Below are positions 8,742-17,674 of a stretch of 34,193 bases of DNA, in pieces. The position numbers and the translations under genes are program-made. Every line of letters begins with the position of its first letter. Position 1 is the stretch's first letter. The notes beneath the pieces are model-generated. The model was not told the DNA's origin and did no database searches. It saw only the letters and a program-made list of their open reading frames with translations. This stretch comes from an uncultured Acidobacteriota bacterium (lineage in GTDB: Bacteria > Acidobacteriota > Vicinamibacteria > Fen-336 > JAGNNV01), in the NCBI GenBank assembly GCA_964494295.1, contig CAZBTT010000002.1:1-34193 (forward strand). The letters run 5' to 3'.

Positions 8742-10066
8742 CGATTCAGGGCGCCTCTAAACCCGCCTTTGCAGCGGCGGCGGATTGGTGGCGGCCGCTG
8801 AGTCGAACCGAGGCCTTTCCGGCCACGATCCGATCCGGCGATCCATCCGGCCCTTCTGCGAGCCCGCTCGCCTATCGCGCCCTGATCGCGTTCACCTGTT
8901 TCCTGCTCCTTGCGCCGCAGAACCTCTTTCCAGTGCTGGGCACGCTTCGGATCGTGTTCCTCGCCGGTGTGATCGCCATCGTCGCCCACGTGCGGGATCG
9001 ATGGGCCCTCGGCCTGCCTCTGGCCCGGCCGGGCCGGGAGATGACACTGGCAGGATTGATCCTTCTCTGGTCGGTGCTCGGCATGCCTTTCTCCCAGTGG
9101 CCGGGAGGGAGCCTGGCGCTCCTGCTCGACCTTTTCATCAAGTCACTCGCCTTCTTCTGGCTGATCGCCAACCTGATAGACACGCTGCCCAGGCTGAGGA
9201 CCATGACTACGGTGTTGACCACGCTCACGGTGACTCTGGGTCGTGTCGGGATATGGAACTATCTCTCCGGAGTATTCGCACCTACGCGGGATATCCGGAT
9301 CCTGGGCTACAACGCCGGCCTCACCCGGAACCCCAACGACCTCGCGTTGATGATCAATCTGATCCTTCCGATGACCGTAGCCCTGCTCCTCCTGTCATCC
9401 GGGCCCCTGGCGCGAGTCCTCCTCGCCGGAGCGATCCTCATCCAGGCATGCGCCATCGTCCTCACCTTCTCGCGGGCGGGGTTCCTGACTCTGGCGACCA
9501 CAGGCCTCGTGTTTGGGGTGCGGCTCGTGCGCCGCCCGAGCCGTGGCCTCGTCTTTGCCGGGCTGTGCGCAGCGCTTCTGGCCCTGCCTTTCCTTCCCGC
9601 CTCGTACACCGACCGCATCCTCACGATGGGCAGCCTCGAGGCCGATGTCACCGGTTCGGCGCAGGCGCGCTGGACGGGCACGGTCGCCGCGATGGAACAC
9701 GCGGTCGACAACCCATTCCTGGGCGCCGGGCTCGGGATGAACATCCTGGTCCTGAACGACTCGGTGGGCGCCACATGGCGGCGCGTGCACAACGTCTATC
9801 TCGAATACGCGGTGGATCTCGGCCTGCCCGGGCTCGCTCTTTTCCTCCTGCTCATGGCCTCGAGCTGGCGCAGCGTGCGCGCGGCGACAAAGAGCCTCAA
9901 CCGTGAGGTGGCGCAGCTCTCGGAAGGCATCGAGATCAGCCTTCTGGCCTTCGCGGTGGCCGCCTTCTTCCACCCGGCCGCCTACGAGTTCTATTTCTAT
10001 TTCATCGCCGGCCTGGCCGTGGCCGCGAAAGTCGTGAACGAAAGAAACGCACGGGTGCCGGCATGA
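8738..10066 (+). CDS. Wzy-type polymerase / O-antigen-ligase-like membrane protein
   Basis: Polytopic membrane protein with about 10 or more hydrophobic helices and a Wzy_C-like TFSRAGFLTLA segment. GTG at 8738 overlaps the upstream TGA (GTGA). The ORF is open from 8666, but that part overlaps the upstream gene. Confidence 0.82.
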   Translation: MTIQGASKPAFAAAADWWRPLSRTEAFPATIRSGDPSGPSASPLAYRALIAFTCFLLLAPQNLFPVLGTLRIVFLAGVIAIVAHVRDRWALGLPLARPGREMTLAGLILLWSVLGMPFSQWPGGSLALLLDLFIKSLAFFWLIANLIDTLPRLRTMTTVLTTLTVTLGRVGIWNYLSGVFAPTRDIRILGYNAGLTRNPNDLALMINLILPMTVALLLLSSGPLARVLLAGAILIQACAIVLTFSRAGFLTLATTGLVFGVRLVRRPSRGLVFAGLCAALLALPFLPASYTDRILTMGSLEADVTGSAQARWTGTVAAMEHAVDNPFLGAGLGMNILVLNDSVGATWRRVHNVYLEYAVDLGLPGLALFLLLMASSWRSVRAATKSLNREVAQLSEGIEISLLAFAVAAFFHPAAYEFYFYFIAGLAVAAKVVNERNARVPA

Positions 10067-11277
10067 GTGCGCCCGCGCCGCCCGGGGAGCGCGTCCCCGT
10101 GCTCACCTTCCTCACCAACTTCCTCATCGGAGGGACGGAGCGCCAGGTGCTGAATCTCGTGCGGAATCACGACCGCAGCCGCTTCGAAGTGCACCTTGGT
10201 TGTTTTCGCCTCGCCGGCCCCTTGCTCACGGAGATCGATGCCTCCGCGGTGTCTCTGTCCGAGTACCCCATAAAAACCCTGCCGAGTCCGAGAACCTTGT
10301 GGCAGCAGTGGCGCCTGATCCGCTACATCCGCGCCCATCGGATTCGCGTCGTTCACTCCTTCGGCTTCTACGCGAACGTCTTCGCGATTCCCGCGGCCCG
10401 CTTCTCCGGAGCGCCCCTCGTCATCGCCTCGATCCGCGACACCGGCGATCACCTGACCTGGCTGCAAAAGGCGATGCAGAAGTGGGCGTGCCGCGCGGCG
10501 CACCACGTGCTCGTGAACGCGCTCGCGGTCAGGACGGCTCTGGTAAAGCAGGGTTACGACCCTGCCCGGATCACCGTGATTCGAAACGGAATCGAGGTCG
10601 CCCGGTTCAAGGATTCGCAGACTAGCGGTGTCGTGCGGGCGCTCCTCGGCATCCCGGACGATGCGCCCATCATCGCGGTCTTCGCGCGACTCAACCCGCT
10701 CAAGGGTCTCGAGTTCTTCCTCGAAGCCGCCGCCCTGTTGCGTCTGCGGTTCGAGGATGCGCGTTTCCTCATCGTGGGCGACAGCATTTCGCGCGCGTAT
10801 CGCGACGAACTCGAGAGCAGAACCGAAGCCCTTGGTCTCGGCGCACGAGTGTTCTTCACCGGCTTCAGAACCGACATTCCCGAACTCCTGGGGGAGGTGA
10901 GTGTCCTCGTCCTGCCTTCGCTTGCCGAGGGCCTCTCAAACGTGATCCTTGAAGGCATGGCCGCCGGAGTGCCCGTGGTGGCCACCCGGGTCGGAGGCAA
11001 CCCCGAGATGATCGAGCATGGCGTGAGCGGTTTGCTCGTTCCCGCGCGGGACGCTCCTGCGCTCGCCGAGGCGATCGGATCGCTGATGGCGGACCCAGGC
11101 CGCCGCGAGGCGATGGGCCGGGCCGGCCAGAAGCTGGTGAGCGAGCGATTTTCTCTCGAGGCCGCCGTGGACCAAACCGAGAAGCTCTACCAGCGCCTGC
11201 TCCGCCCCTCTGCCGAGCGGCGCTCCCCGGCTTCACCGCTGGCCCGTCCCCCTCTTTCCGAGGAGGAATGGCGATGA
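10063..11277 (+). CDS. Glycosyltransferase family 4 (GT-B, retaining type)
   Basis: N-terminal LTFLTNFLIGGTERQV. E-x7-E motif EGLSNVILEGMAAGVPVVATRVGGNPEMI. ATGA overlap with the upstream gene. Confidence 0.9.
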   Translation: MSAPAPPGERVPVLTFLTNFLIGGTERQVLNLVRNHDRSRFEVHLGCFRLAGPLLTEIDASAVSLSEYPIKTLPSPRTLWQQWRLIRYIRAHRIRVVHSFGFYANVFAIPAARFSGAPLVIASIRDTGDHLTWLQKAMQKWACRAAHHVLVNALAVRTALVKQGYDPARITVIRNGIEVARFKDSQTSGVVRALLGIPDDAPIIAVFARLNPLKGLEFFLEAAALLRLRFEDARFLIVGDSISRAYRDELESRTEALGLGARVFFTGFRTDIPELLGEVSVLVLPSLAEGLSNVILEGMAAGVPVVATRVGGNPEMIEHGVSGLLVPARDAPALAEAIGSLMADPGRREAMGRAGQKLVSERFSLEAAVDQTEKLYQRLLRPSAERRSPASPLARPPLSEEEWR

Positions 11278-12488
11278 GCGCCGAACTCCTGAGGTTCCCG
11301 TCCCCGCCGGCCACGCTTCCGGTGTTCGTCACCGCGGCGGCGGCTGCGCTTCGCGTGGAGACCATGGACGACCCTGCGCTCTTCGCCGGACTCCGCGATC
11401 CCTGGAACGAGCTGCTCGAATCGAGCCCTTCGGACACGGTGTTCCTGACCTGGGAGTGGCTGCACACCTGGTGCGCGCATCTCTCCGCCGGAACGAAGCT
11501 CCACGTCATCACGGTCCGTCGAGGATCCCAGATCCTCGCCATCGCCCCATTCGTATCCCGGGGGAAGAGTCTTCTCGGCGCGTTGCGACTCTCCTTCATG
11601 GGCACCGGCCGCGTGGGATCCGACTATCTCGATATTCTCGTAAGGCACGGCGCTGCGGCCGAGGCCATTCCGAAACTGTCGGCCCACCTTCTTGAGACGG
11701 GCGCGCAGCTCGACCTCGCCCAGATGCGGATCCGGTCGAGCGCGGGACGCGCCCTGGCCCGCGAGCTTCGACTCCGCGGCGGTCTTGTCCGGGCGAAGCG
11801 GACGCACCGGTGTCCTTACATCGACCTCGCCGGGGCCACCTTCGATGCCTATCTCGGGAGCCTCGGCTCCGAGCATCGCTATAACTTCCAGAGAAAACTC
11901 CGCAAGCTCGAGACGGCGCACGCGATGAGATTCGAACCCGTCGCCTCAGAGGCGAGGCGACGCGAACTGCTTCCGGTGTTGTTCGAGCTGCACCGGCTGC
12001 GATGGAGGGAACGGGGCGGCTCCGACGGTCTTTCGGGCGAGGGAATCCCCGAGTTCCACGATGAGTGGTCGCGTCTCGCCCTGGAGCGTGGCTGGCTTCG
12101 GTTCTACGTCTTGTGGCTGAAGGACTCGCCGGCCGCGGCGCTTTATGGCTTCCGGTATGGCCGCGTCTTCTCCTTCTATCAATCGGGCTTCGACCCTCGC
12201 TTCTCGAAACTCAGTGTGGGCCTCGTGACCATGGGCCTCGCGATCCGGAGCGCCATTGAAGAAGGGGCTGCCGAATTTGATCTCCTCCACGGTGAGGAGT
12301 CGTACAAGCTCCACTGGGCGAAGCAGGCGCGCCGCCTGTGCCGGTTGAGCGTTTTCCCGAGGGGCCCCCTCGGCTATCTCGCGAGGGCTGGCGCCTCCGC
12401 CGGGGATTCCGTCCACCGCCTGGCGCGCCGGCTTCCAAAGGGACTGGTCTCGCGCATCGCCGCTCACCGACGAGGAGGGGCTCGGTGA
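11274..12488 (+). CDS. GNAT-fold CelD/BcsL / FemAB-related acyl(aminoacyl)transferase-like protein (copy 1)
   Basis: C-terminal FDLLHGEESYKLHWA motif and overall layout of the Acetyltransf_6/CelD family. AGGAGG at 11261-11266 lies 7 nt upstream of ATG 11274, which overlaps the upstream stop (ATGA). ATG 11268 is an alternative start. Confidence 0.8.
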   Translation: MSAELLRFPSPPATLPVFVTAAAAALRVETMDDPALFAGLRDPWNELLESSPSDTVFLTWEWLHTWCAHLSAGTKLHVITVRRGSQILAIAPFVSRGKSLLGALRLSFMGTGRVGSDYLDILVRHGAAAEAIPKLSAHLLETGAQLDLAQMRIRSSAGRALARELRLRGGLVRAKRTHRCPYIDLAGATFDAYLGSLGSEHRYNFQRKLRKLETAHAMRFEPVASEARRRELLPVLFELHRLRWRERGGSDGLSGEGIPEFHDEWSRLALERGWLRFYVLWLKDSPAAALYGFRYGRVFSFYQSGFDPRFSKLSVGLVTMGLAIRSAIEEGAAEFDLLHGEESYKLHWAKQARRLCRLSVFPRGPLGYLARAGASAGDSVHRLARRLPKGLVSRIAAHRRGGAR

Positions 12489-14656
12489 TGCGCCGCCTGG
12501 TTAGATCCGCCATCGCTCACGGCCTCGCGCGGACCGGCGCCGATCGCTGGATAGGCCGAGTGGGGGGAATCGCGAGAGAACCCCTGATCCTCGGGTACCA
12601 CCGCGTTCTCCCCGACGACGTGACCATCCCGACGCGGGGCGTGCCGAGCCTGGGCATCAGAGTTTCGACGCTTCGTCGTCATCTCGAGTTCATCGCTCGG
12701 AGACACAAGATCATTTCACTCGACGAAATGGGGGCTCGCGTGGAAACGGGCGCCGCATCGGGGTTCGCGGCCCTCACTTTCGACGATGGGTACAAGGACT
12801 TCGCGGAGAACGCTTTTCCCCTGCTTCAGTCCATGGGAATACCCGCCGCGGTGTTCGTGGTGACCACGCTCCTGCACGAGGGCGAGGCCTTTCTTCACGA
12901 CCGCGTCTACTCGGTCCTCGATCGCGCGATCCGCGCCGGCGGTTCGAAGCGCGTCGTCGCCCTGCTTGCCGGGGAGAATCCTCCGCTCGCGGGCCTCCCC
13001 GACCAGGCCTTCGCGGCCACTCGTCTGCTGCTGCGCACGTACGACCGGCAGACCCTTTCGAGGCTCAGCGCCGCCCTCGAAGCTGAGTTCGGAAAGGGAG
13101 AGAGTTCGCCGCGCTCCCTTTCATGGGACGACCTCATCCGCATGTCGCGACTCGGCCTCATCGTCGGCTCCCATACCCGGACCCATGCGCTGCTGCCCCG
13201 CGAGACGCCCGCCCGCGCGATCGAGGAGACCGCGACCTCCCGTGCGGAGATCGAGGCGAGGCTGGGTGTCCGCGTCTCGCACTTCGTCTATCCGGACGGT
13301 TGCTTCGACCACGCGGCGGTGCAGGCGGTCGCGGCCGCCGGTTATCGCTTCGCCTACACCGGATGCAAACACCAGGACCCGGATCACCCGATGCTGACCC
13401 AGGCGCGCCGCGTCTTCTGGGAGGGTTCGACCGAGGGTGTTTTCGGAGGCTTTTCGGAGGACGTCCTGAGCGGGCATCTGAACGGGATCTTCGATCGGTC
13501 CCGCCCGTGCCTCGACACCCACGGAGTCCCGCCGCTCGCACCGCCGCGGGCCACGCTCGCGATCGTGGCGCCGAGCCTCGACGTGCCGGGAGGACAAGCC
13601 GTGCAGGCCGCTGCGCTCGTTTCCAACTGTCGCCTCGAAGGGAACGAAGTTCTTTTCGTCGCCACGAACCCGCGATTTCCCCGCAGGCTCGGCTTCCTGC
13701 GCGCCGTGCCGGTGGCGCGCACGATCCTCAACCAGGCTCTCTACGCGGGCGGCCTGACGCGTCTCCTCAAGGCCGACGTGGTGCACGTCTTCTCCGCGTC
13801 GTACTGGTCTTTCCTTCTGGCCCCCGTGCCCGCGATGCTGGTGGCGCGCATTCTCGGTAAACGTGTTGTCCTCAACTATCACAGCGGGGAGGCGGCCGAT
13901 CACCTCAAGCGCTGGCGGGGTCTGGTCCACCCCTGGCTGGGCCTCGCCCACCGGATCGTCGTGCCGTCTGAGTACCTTCGCCAGGTCTTCGAGGAGCACG
14001 GCTACCGGGCCCACGTTGTGCCGAACGTCGTTGATACCGCTCTCTTCGTGTACCGGGAACGCGACGCCCTGCAACCGAGGTTCCTCTCGACCCGCATGCT
14101 CGAACCCAACTACGGCGTCGACGTGGTGGTCCGCGCCTTCGCCCTCGTGAAGAGTGAGTACCCTGAAGCGACCCTCGTCATCACGGGATCGGGCAGTGAG
14201 GAAGCTCGCCTCCGCCAACTGGCCAGAGGCACCGCCGGCATCACGTTTGTGGGTCGCGTGCGGCCCGCGCGGGTACCCGCGCTGTGCGATGGCGCCGATG
14301 TGTTTCTCAATGCCCCCCTCGTGGACAACCAGCCGCTCTCCGTTCTCGAGGCCTTCGCGTCGGGCCTTCCGGTGGTGACCACCGCGGCGGGGGGCATCGC
14401 CACGATGGTGCGCCACGGCGAGTCCGGTCTGATCGTGCCTCTTTCAGACGCTCAGGCGATGGCCGAAGCAGCGATATCGCTTCTGCGCGACCCGGCCCTG
14501 GCGCGCCGAATCGCGCGCGGAGGTCAGAAGGTGGCGCTCGCTCATTCATGGAGCCGGGTGCGCGATCAGTGGAGGGAGATGCACTCGGGGCGAGGCGCCG
14601 ATGTCCGGTTGAACGCGCCATCCCCTGCGGCCCTCGCGGAGGAACGGCGATGTTGA
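12488..14656 (+). CDS. Fusion protein: N-terminal polysaccharide deacetylase (CE4/NodB-like) plus C-terminal GT4 glycosyltransferase
   Basis: The N-terminal half has LTFDDGYKDF (Asp-Asp motif) and GSHTRTH (His-x3-His-type motif). From about nt 13550 a GT-B fold starts (LAIVAPSLDVPGGQAVQA, then LSVLEAFASGLPVVTTAAGG). ATG 12488 shares 1 nt with the upstream TGA. GTG 12485 is an alternative start. Confidence 0.82.
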   Translation: MRRLVRSAIAHGLARTGADRWIGRVGGIAREPLILGYHRVLPDDVTIPTRGVPSLGIRVSTLRRHLEFIARRHKIISLDEMGARVETGAASGFAALTFDDGYKDFAENAFPLLQSMGIPAAVFVVTTLLHEGEAFLHDRVYSVLDRAIRAGGSKRVVALLAGENPPLAGLPDQAFAATRLLLRTYDRQTLSRLSAALEAEFGKGESSPRSLSWDDLIRMSRLGLIVGSHTRTHALLPRETPARAIEETATSRAEIEARLGVRVSHFVYPDGCFDHAAVQAVAAAGYRFAYTGCKHQDPDHPMLTQARRVFWEGSTEGVFGGFSEDVLSGHLNGIFDRSRPCLDTHGVPPLAPPRATLAIVAPSLDVPGGQAVQAAALVSNCRLEGNEVLFVATNPRFPRRLGFLRAVPVARTILNQALYAGGLTRLLKADVVHVFSASYWSFLLAPVPAMLVARILGKRVVLNYHSGEAADHLKRWRGLVHPWLGLAHRIVVPSEYLRQVFEEHGYRAHVVPNVVDTALFVYRERDALQPRFLSTRMLEPNYGVDVVVRAFALVKSEYPEATLVITGSGSEEARLRQLARGTAGITFVGRVRPARVPALCDGADVFLNAPLVDNQPLSVLEAFASGLPVVTTAAGGIATMVRHGESGLIVPLSDAQAMAEAAISLLRDPALARRIARGGQKVALAHSWSRVRDQWREMHSGRGADVRLNAPSPAALAEERRC

Positions 14657-16824
14657 CCCGGCTTCTCAAGATGGGCCTCGGCGAGGTCGCAGACCGCAGC
14701 CGGCAGAAGGCCTCGATGTGGTTCGAGCGAAACGCCTTGAGCACGCCCCAGTCGCGTCGTCGCGCCCGTCGGTCGGCGGCAGGCGATCATGACTTCGCGG
14801 CCCGGCAGTCCCTTGAGTACTTTCAGGTCACGGGCCCGGAACGGTTTTTCGCGGGTGTCGCCGATCCTCAGAGTCCGGGGCTTTTCGAAAGTCTCTCGCC
14901 GAAGGCGCAAGCGGGTGTGCTTGCCTCGGCCGAGAGTGTTCGAGCCGGGCGCTTTGATCTGCTCGGCTACAAGGGGCTCTTCTTCGGGGATCCCATCAAC
15001 TGGAGGCTGGATCCGATCTCGGGGCAGACGTCTCCGCTCGTTCACTGGACGTCGATCAACGCCCTCGACTCCGCGGTGGTGGGAGACAGCAAGGTGGTGT
15101 GGGAGCTGAACCGGCTGCAGTTTCTCGTGACTCTTGGTCTGGCTTACCGGGCCAGCGGAGATGAAAGGAACGCCTTCGCCTTCGCGAGCCTCGTCCGGTC
15201 CTGGATCCGCGACAACCGGACCGGCTTCGGGATCAACTGGGTCAGCTCTCTGGAGGCGGCGTTCCGGATCGTCTCGTGGAGCTTTGCCCTGTCGCTGTTT
15301 CGATTGTCTCCGCATCTCACCCCGGACCTGTTCTGGGAAATGACCGGAGCGATCGAGACCCACGCGGCCCACATCGAGCGGTACCTCTCCCGCCATTCAT
15401 CACCCAACACCCATCTGACCGTCGAGGCGCTCGGTCTCTTCTACGCGGGCACGCTCTTTCCGGACAACCGGCTGGCCGCGCGCTGGCGAACTCTCGGCCA
15501 GGGCATTCTGGATGAACAGATCCACCACCAGGTCCTCCCCGATGGCGTGTACTTCGAGCAGGCCACCGCGTATCAGATCTACACGATCGAGATCTACCTG
15601 CACTACCTGATTCTGGCCGCGCGGAATCATGTGCCGGTGCCCGCGGACATTGCCAAGAGCGTCCAACGAATGCTCGATGTCATCCTGGCGCTGCGTCGGC
15701 CCGATGGTGGCGTCCCCTCGATCGGCGATCAGGATGGCGGGTCCCTGCTTCCTCTCGTGCGCCGTGAGCCCGACGACGCGCGCGGCGTCTTTTCCGTGGC
15801 CGCGGCATTCTTTGGCCGCCCCGACTTCGCCTGGGCGGCCGAGTCGGTTCAACCCGAGGCCCTGTGGCTGCTCGGTCCTGCCGCGATCGCGGTGTTCGAA
15901 GCCACGGGAGCCGCACCTCCATCTCTGACCTCGCGCGCGTTTCCTGGCGGCTACGTGGTGATGCGTTCGGGCTGGCAGCGCACCGCCCATCACCTCGTGT
16001 TTGATGTGGGACCGCTTGGGTGTCCCATGAGCGGAGCGCACGGTCACGCCGATCTTCTGAGCGTGGTGGTCAGCCCGTTCGGCGAACCGTTCATCGTCGA
16101 CCCCGGCACTTGCGTTTACGCCGCCGATCCCGCCTTCCGCCGGCATTTCCGCGGCACCGCCGCGCACTCCACCGTCACCGTGGATGGCCTCGGCCAGGCC
16201 GAGCCCACGGGGCCCTTCAGCTGGCAAGAGCGCCCCGAAGCACCCCTGGCCCGAATTGAACCCAACCCCGACTTCGATTTCGCCGATGCGAGTCACGACG
16301 CCTATACGCGCCTGGCGGATCCGGTCACTCACCGACGGCGAGTGGTGTTCGTGAAGTCCCCGGGCTACTGGGTCATCGTGGATGATCTCGTGGGTTCGGC
16401 GGAGCACCGTTTCGAGCAGAGTTTTCAGTTCGCCGCACTCCCCGTGGGCCGGACTCCGGATGGTTGGGTACGCGCCAGGGGATCACGAGGCCGCGGACTC
16501 CTGATCAGGACCTTCGCCAACGCAGCGATCGAGACCAGGATTGAATCCGGTTCGCTTCAACCCATCGCCGGATGGATCTCGGCCAACTACGGCCAGCGCT
16601 CTCCCGCGCCCTTGCTCGTCTTCAGCGTAGCGGCGTGCGCGTCCATCCGGATGCTCACGCTGCTGTTCCCGGTCGAAGACGCGGGGGCGGAGCCGCCGCG
16701 CGTCCGCCCGGTCGGAGGCGACGGCAGGGCGCCGGTGGGCCTCTTTTTCGAGGACACGAACGCGGTCATCCACTTCGACCACGACGCGTTCGCCCTCGAA
16801 GGACCTCCGACATGGAAAGCCTGA
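14650..16824 (+). CDS. Heparinase II/III-like (alginate-lyase N-domain plus Hepar_II_III C-domain) protein
   Basis: SPNTHLTVEALGLFYAG (N-H motif region), GAHGHADLLS and HSTVTVDG motifs of the heparinase II/III family. ATG 14650 overlaps the upstream stop (ATGTTGA). No obvious signal peptide. Confidence 0.8.
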   Translation: MLTRLLKMGLGEVADRSRQKASMWFERNALSTPQSRRRARRSAAGDHDFAARQSLEYFQVTGPERFFAGVADPQSPGLFESLSPKAQAGVLASAESVRAGRFDLLGYKGLFFGDPINWRLDPISGQTSPLVHWTSINALDSAVVGDSKVVWELNRLQFLVTLGLAYRASGDERNAFAFASLVRSWIRDNRTGFGINWVSSLEAAFRIVSWSFALSLFRLSPHLTPDLFWEMTGAIETHAAHIERYLSRHSSPNTHLTVEALGLFYAGTLFPDNRLAARWRTLGQGILDEQIHHQVLPDGVYFEQATAYQIYTIEIYLHYLILAARNHVPVPADIAKSVQRMLDVILALRRPDGGVPSIGDQDGGSLLPLVRREPDDARGVFSVAAAFFGRPDFAWAAESVQPEALWLLGPAAIAVFEATGAAPPSLTSRAFPGGYVVMRSGWQRTAHHLVFDVGPLGCPMSGAHGHADLLSVVVSPFGEPFIVDPGTCVYAADPAFRRHFRGTAAHSTVTVDGLGQAEPTGPFSWQERPEAPLARIEPNPDFDFADASHDAYTRLADPVTHRRRVVFVKSPGYWVIVDDLVGSAEHRFEQSFQFAALPVGRTPDGWVRARGSRGRGLLIRTFANAAIETRIESGSLQPIAGWISANYGQRSPAPLLVFSVAACASIRMLTLLFPVEDAGAEPPRVRPVGGDGRAPVGLFFEDTNAVIHFDHDAFALEGPPTWKA

Positions 16825-17672
16825 CCCGCCTCACCCGACGCGAGCACTGGGATGCGGTGCATGCCTTCGAGAGGGCCGATGTCCGCAAGACTCCCGAAGC
16901 GGAGAAGGGCTGGGCACGCCGCGCCCTGAAGCGGCTGGTTGGAAGTCGCTTCGTCGAATACATGTCGAGTTACGACGACCATCAGATCTGGGACCTTCTC
17001 TACCGGCGTCACATGCCGCTTCCCGGGGCGAGCGTGGTGGAGATCGGAAGCGCTCCGGGCGACCATCTGGTGAAACTGAGCGAGACCTTCGGCCTGGTGC
17101 CTTACGGCATCGAATACTCGCCCGCGGGTGTTGAGGTGAACCGGCTTCTCTTCGCGAGCCGCGGTCTTGACCCGGGGAACGTCCTGGCCATGGACTTCTT
17201 CTCCGAGGAGTGCCAGGAGCAGAACCAAGAGCGCTTTGACGTGGTCGTGTCCCGCGGCTTCATCGAGCACTTCGAGGAGCCAGCGTCCGTGGTCGACCGC
17301 CACATCGATCTTCTCAAGCCGGGAGGACTCCTGGTCGTGACGATCCCGAATCTTCGAGGCGTCAACCACACGCTGACGCGTCTCTTCCACCCCGAACTCA
17401 TTCCCATGCACAACCTTTCGATCATGTCGAAAGTGTCGTTCCTCCAGCTCTTCGACACCACCCGGGTGAGGCCCCTCGTCTGCGCCTACGTCGGGACGTT
17501 CAGCTTCTATCTCTTCAATGTGAAGGAAGGCTCTCGCCTCGCCCCTCTGCTGCGTCTGTGCATGAAGGCCCAGAGTCTCTTGAACGTGGTCTTCCGGACG
17601 TGCCTCGGAGATCGGGGCGCCGAGAATCGTTTCACCAGCCCGCAGCTCATCTTCATGGGCGTCAAGAGATAG
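16812..17672 (+). CDS. Class I SAM-dependent methyltransferase
   Basis: Motif I is VVEIGSAPGD, an acidic residue follows beta-2 (YGIEYS), and the post-I/II region is FDVVVSRGFIEHF..LKPGGLLVV. The ATG overlaps the upstream gene by 13 nt. Confidence 0.8.
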   Translation: MESLTRLTRREHWDAVHAFERADVRKTPEAEKGWARRALKRLVGSRFVEYMSSYDDHQIWDLLYRRHMPLPGASVVEIGSAPGDHLVKLSETFGLVPYGIEYSPAGVEVNRLLFASRGLDPGNVLAMDFFSEECQEQNQERFDVVVSRGFIEHFEEPASVVDRHIDLLKPGGLLVVTIPNLRGVNHTLTRLFHPELIPMHNLSIMSKVSFLQLFDTTRVRPLVCAYVGTFSFYLFNVKEGSRLAPLLRLCMKAQSLLNVVFRTCLGDRGAENRFTSPQLIFMGVKR

Positions 17673-17674
17673 CC

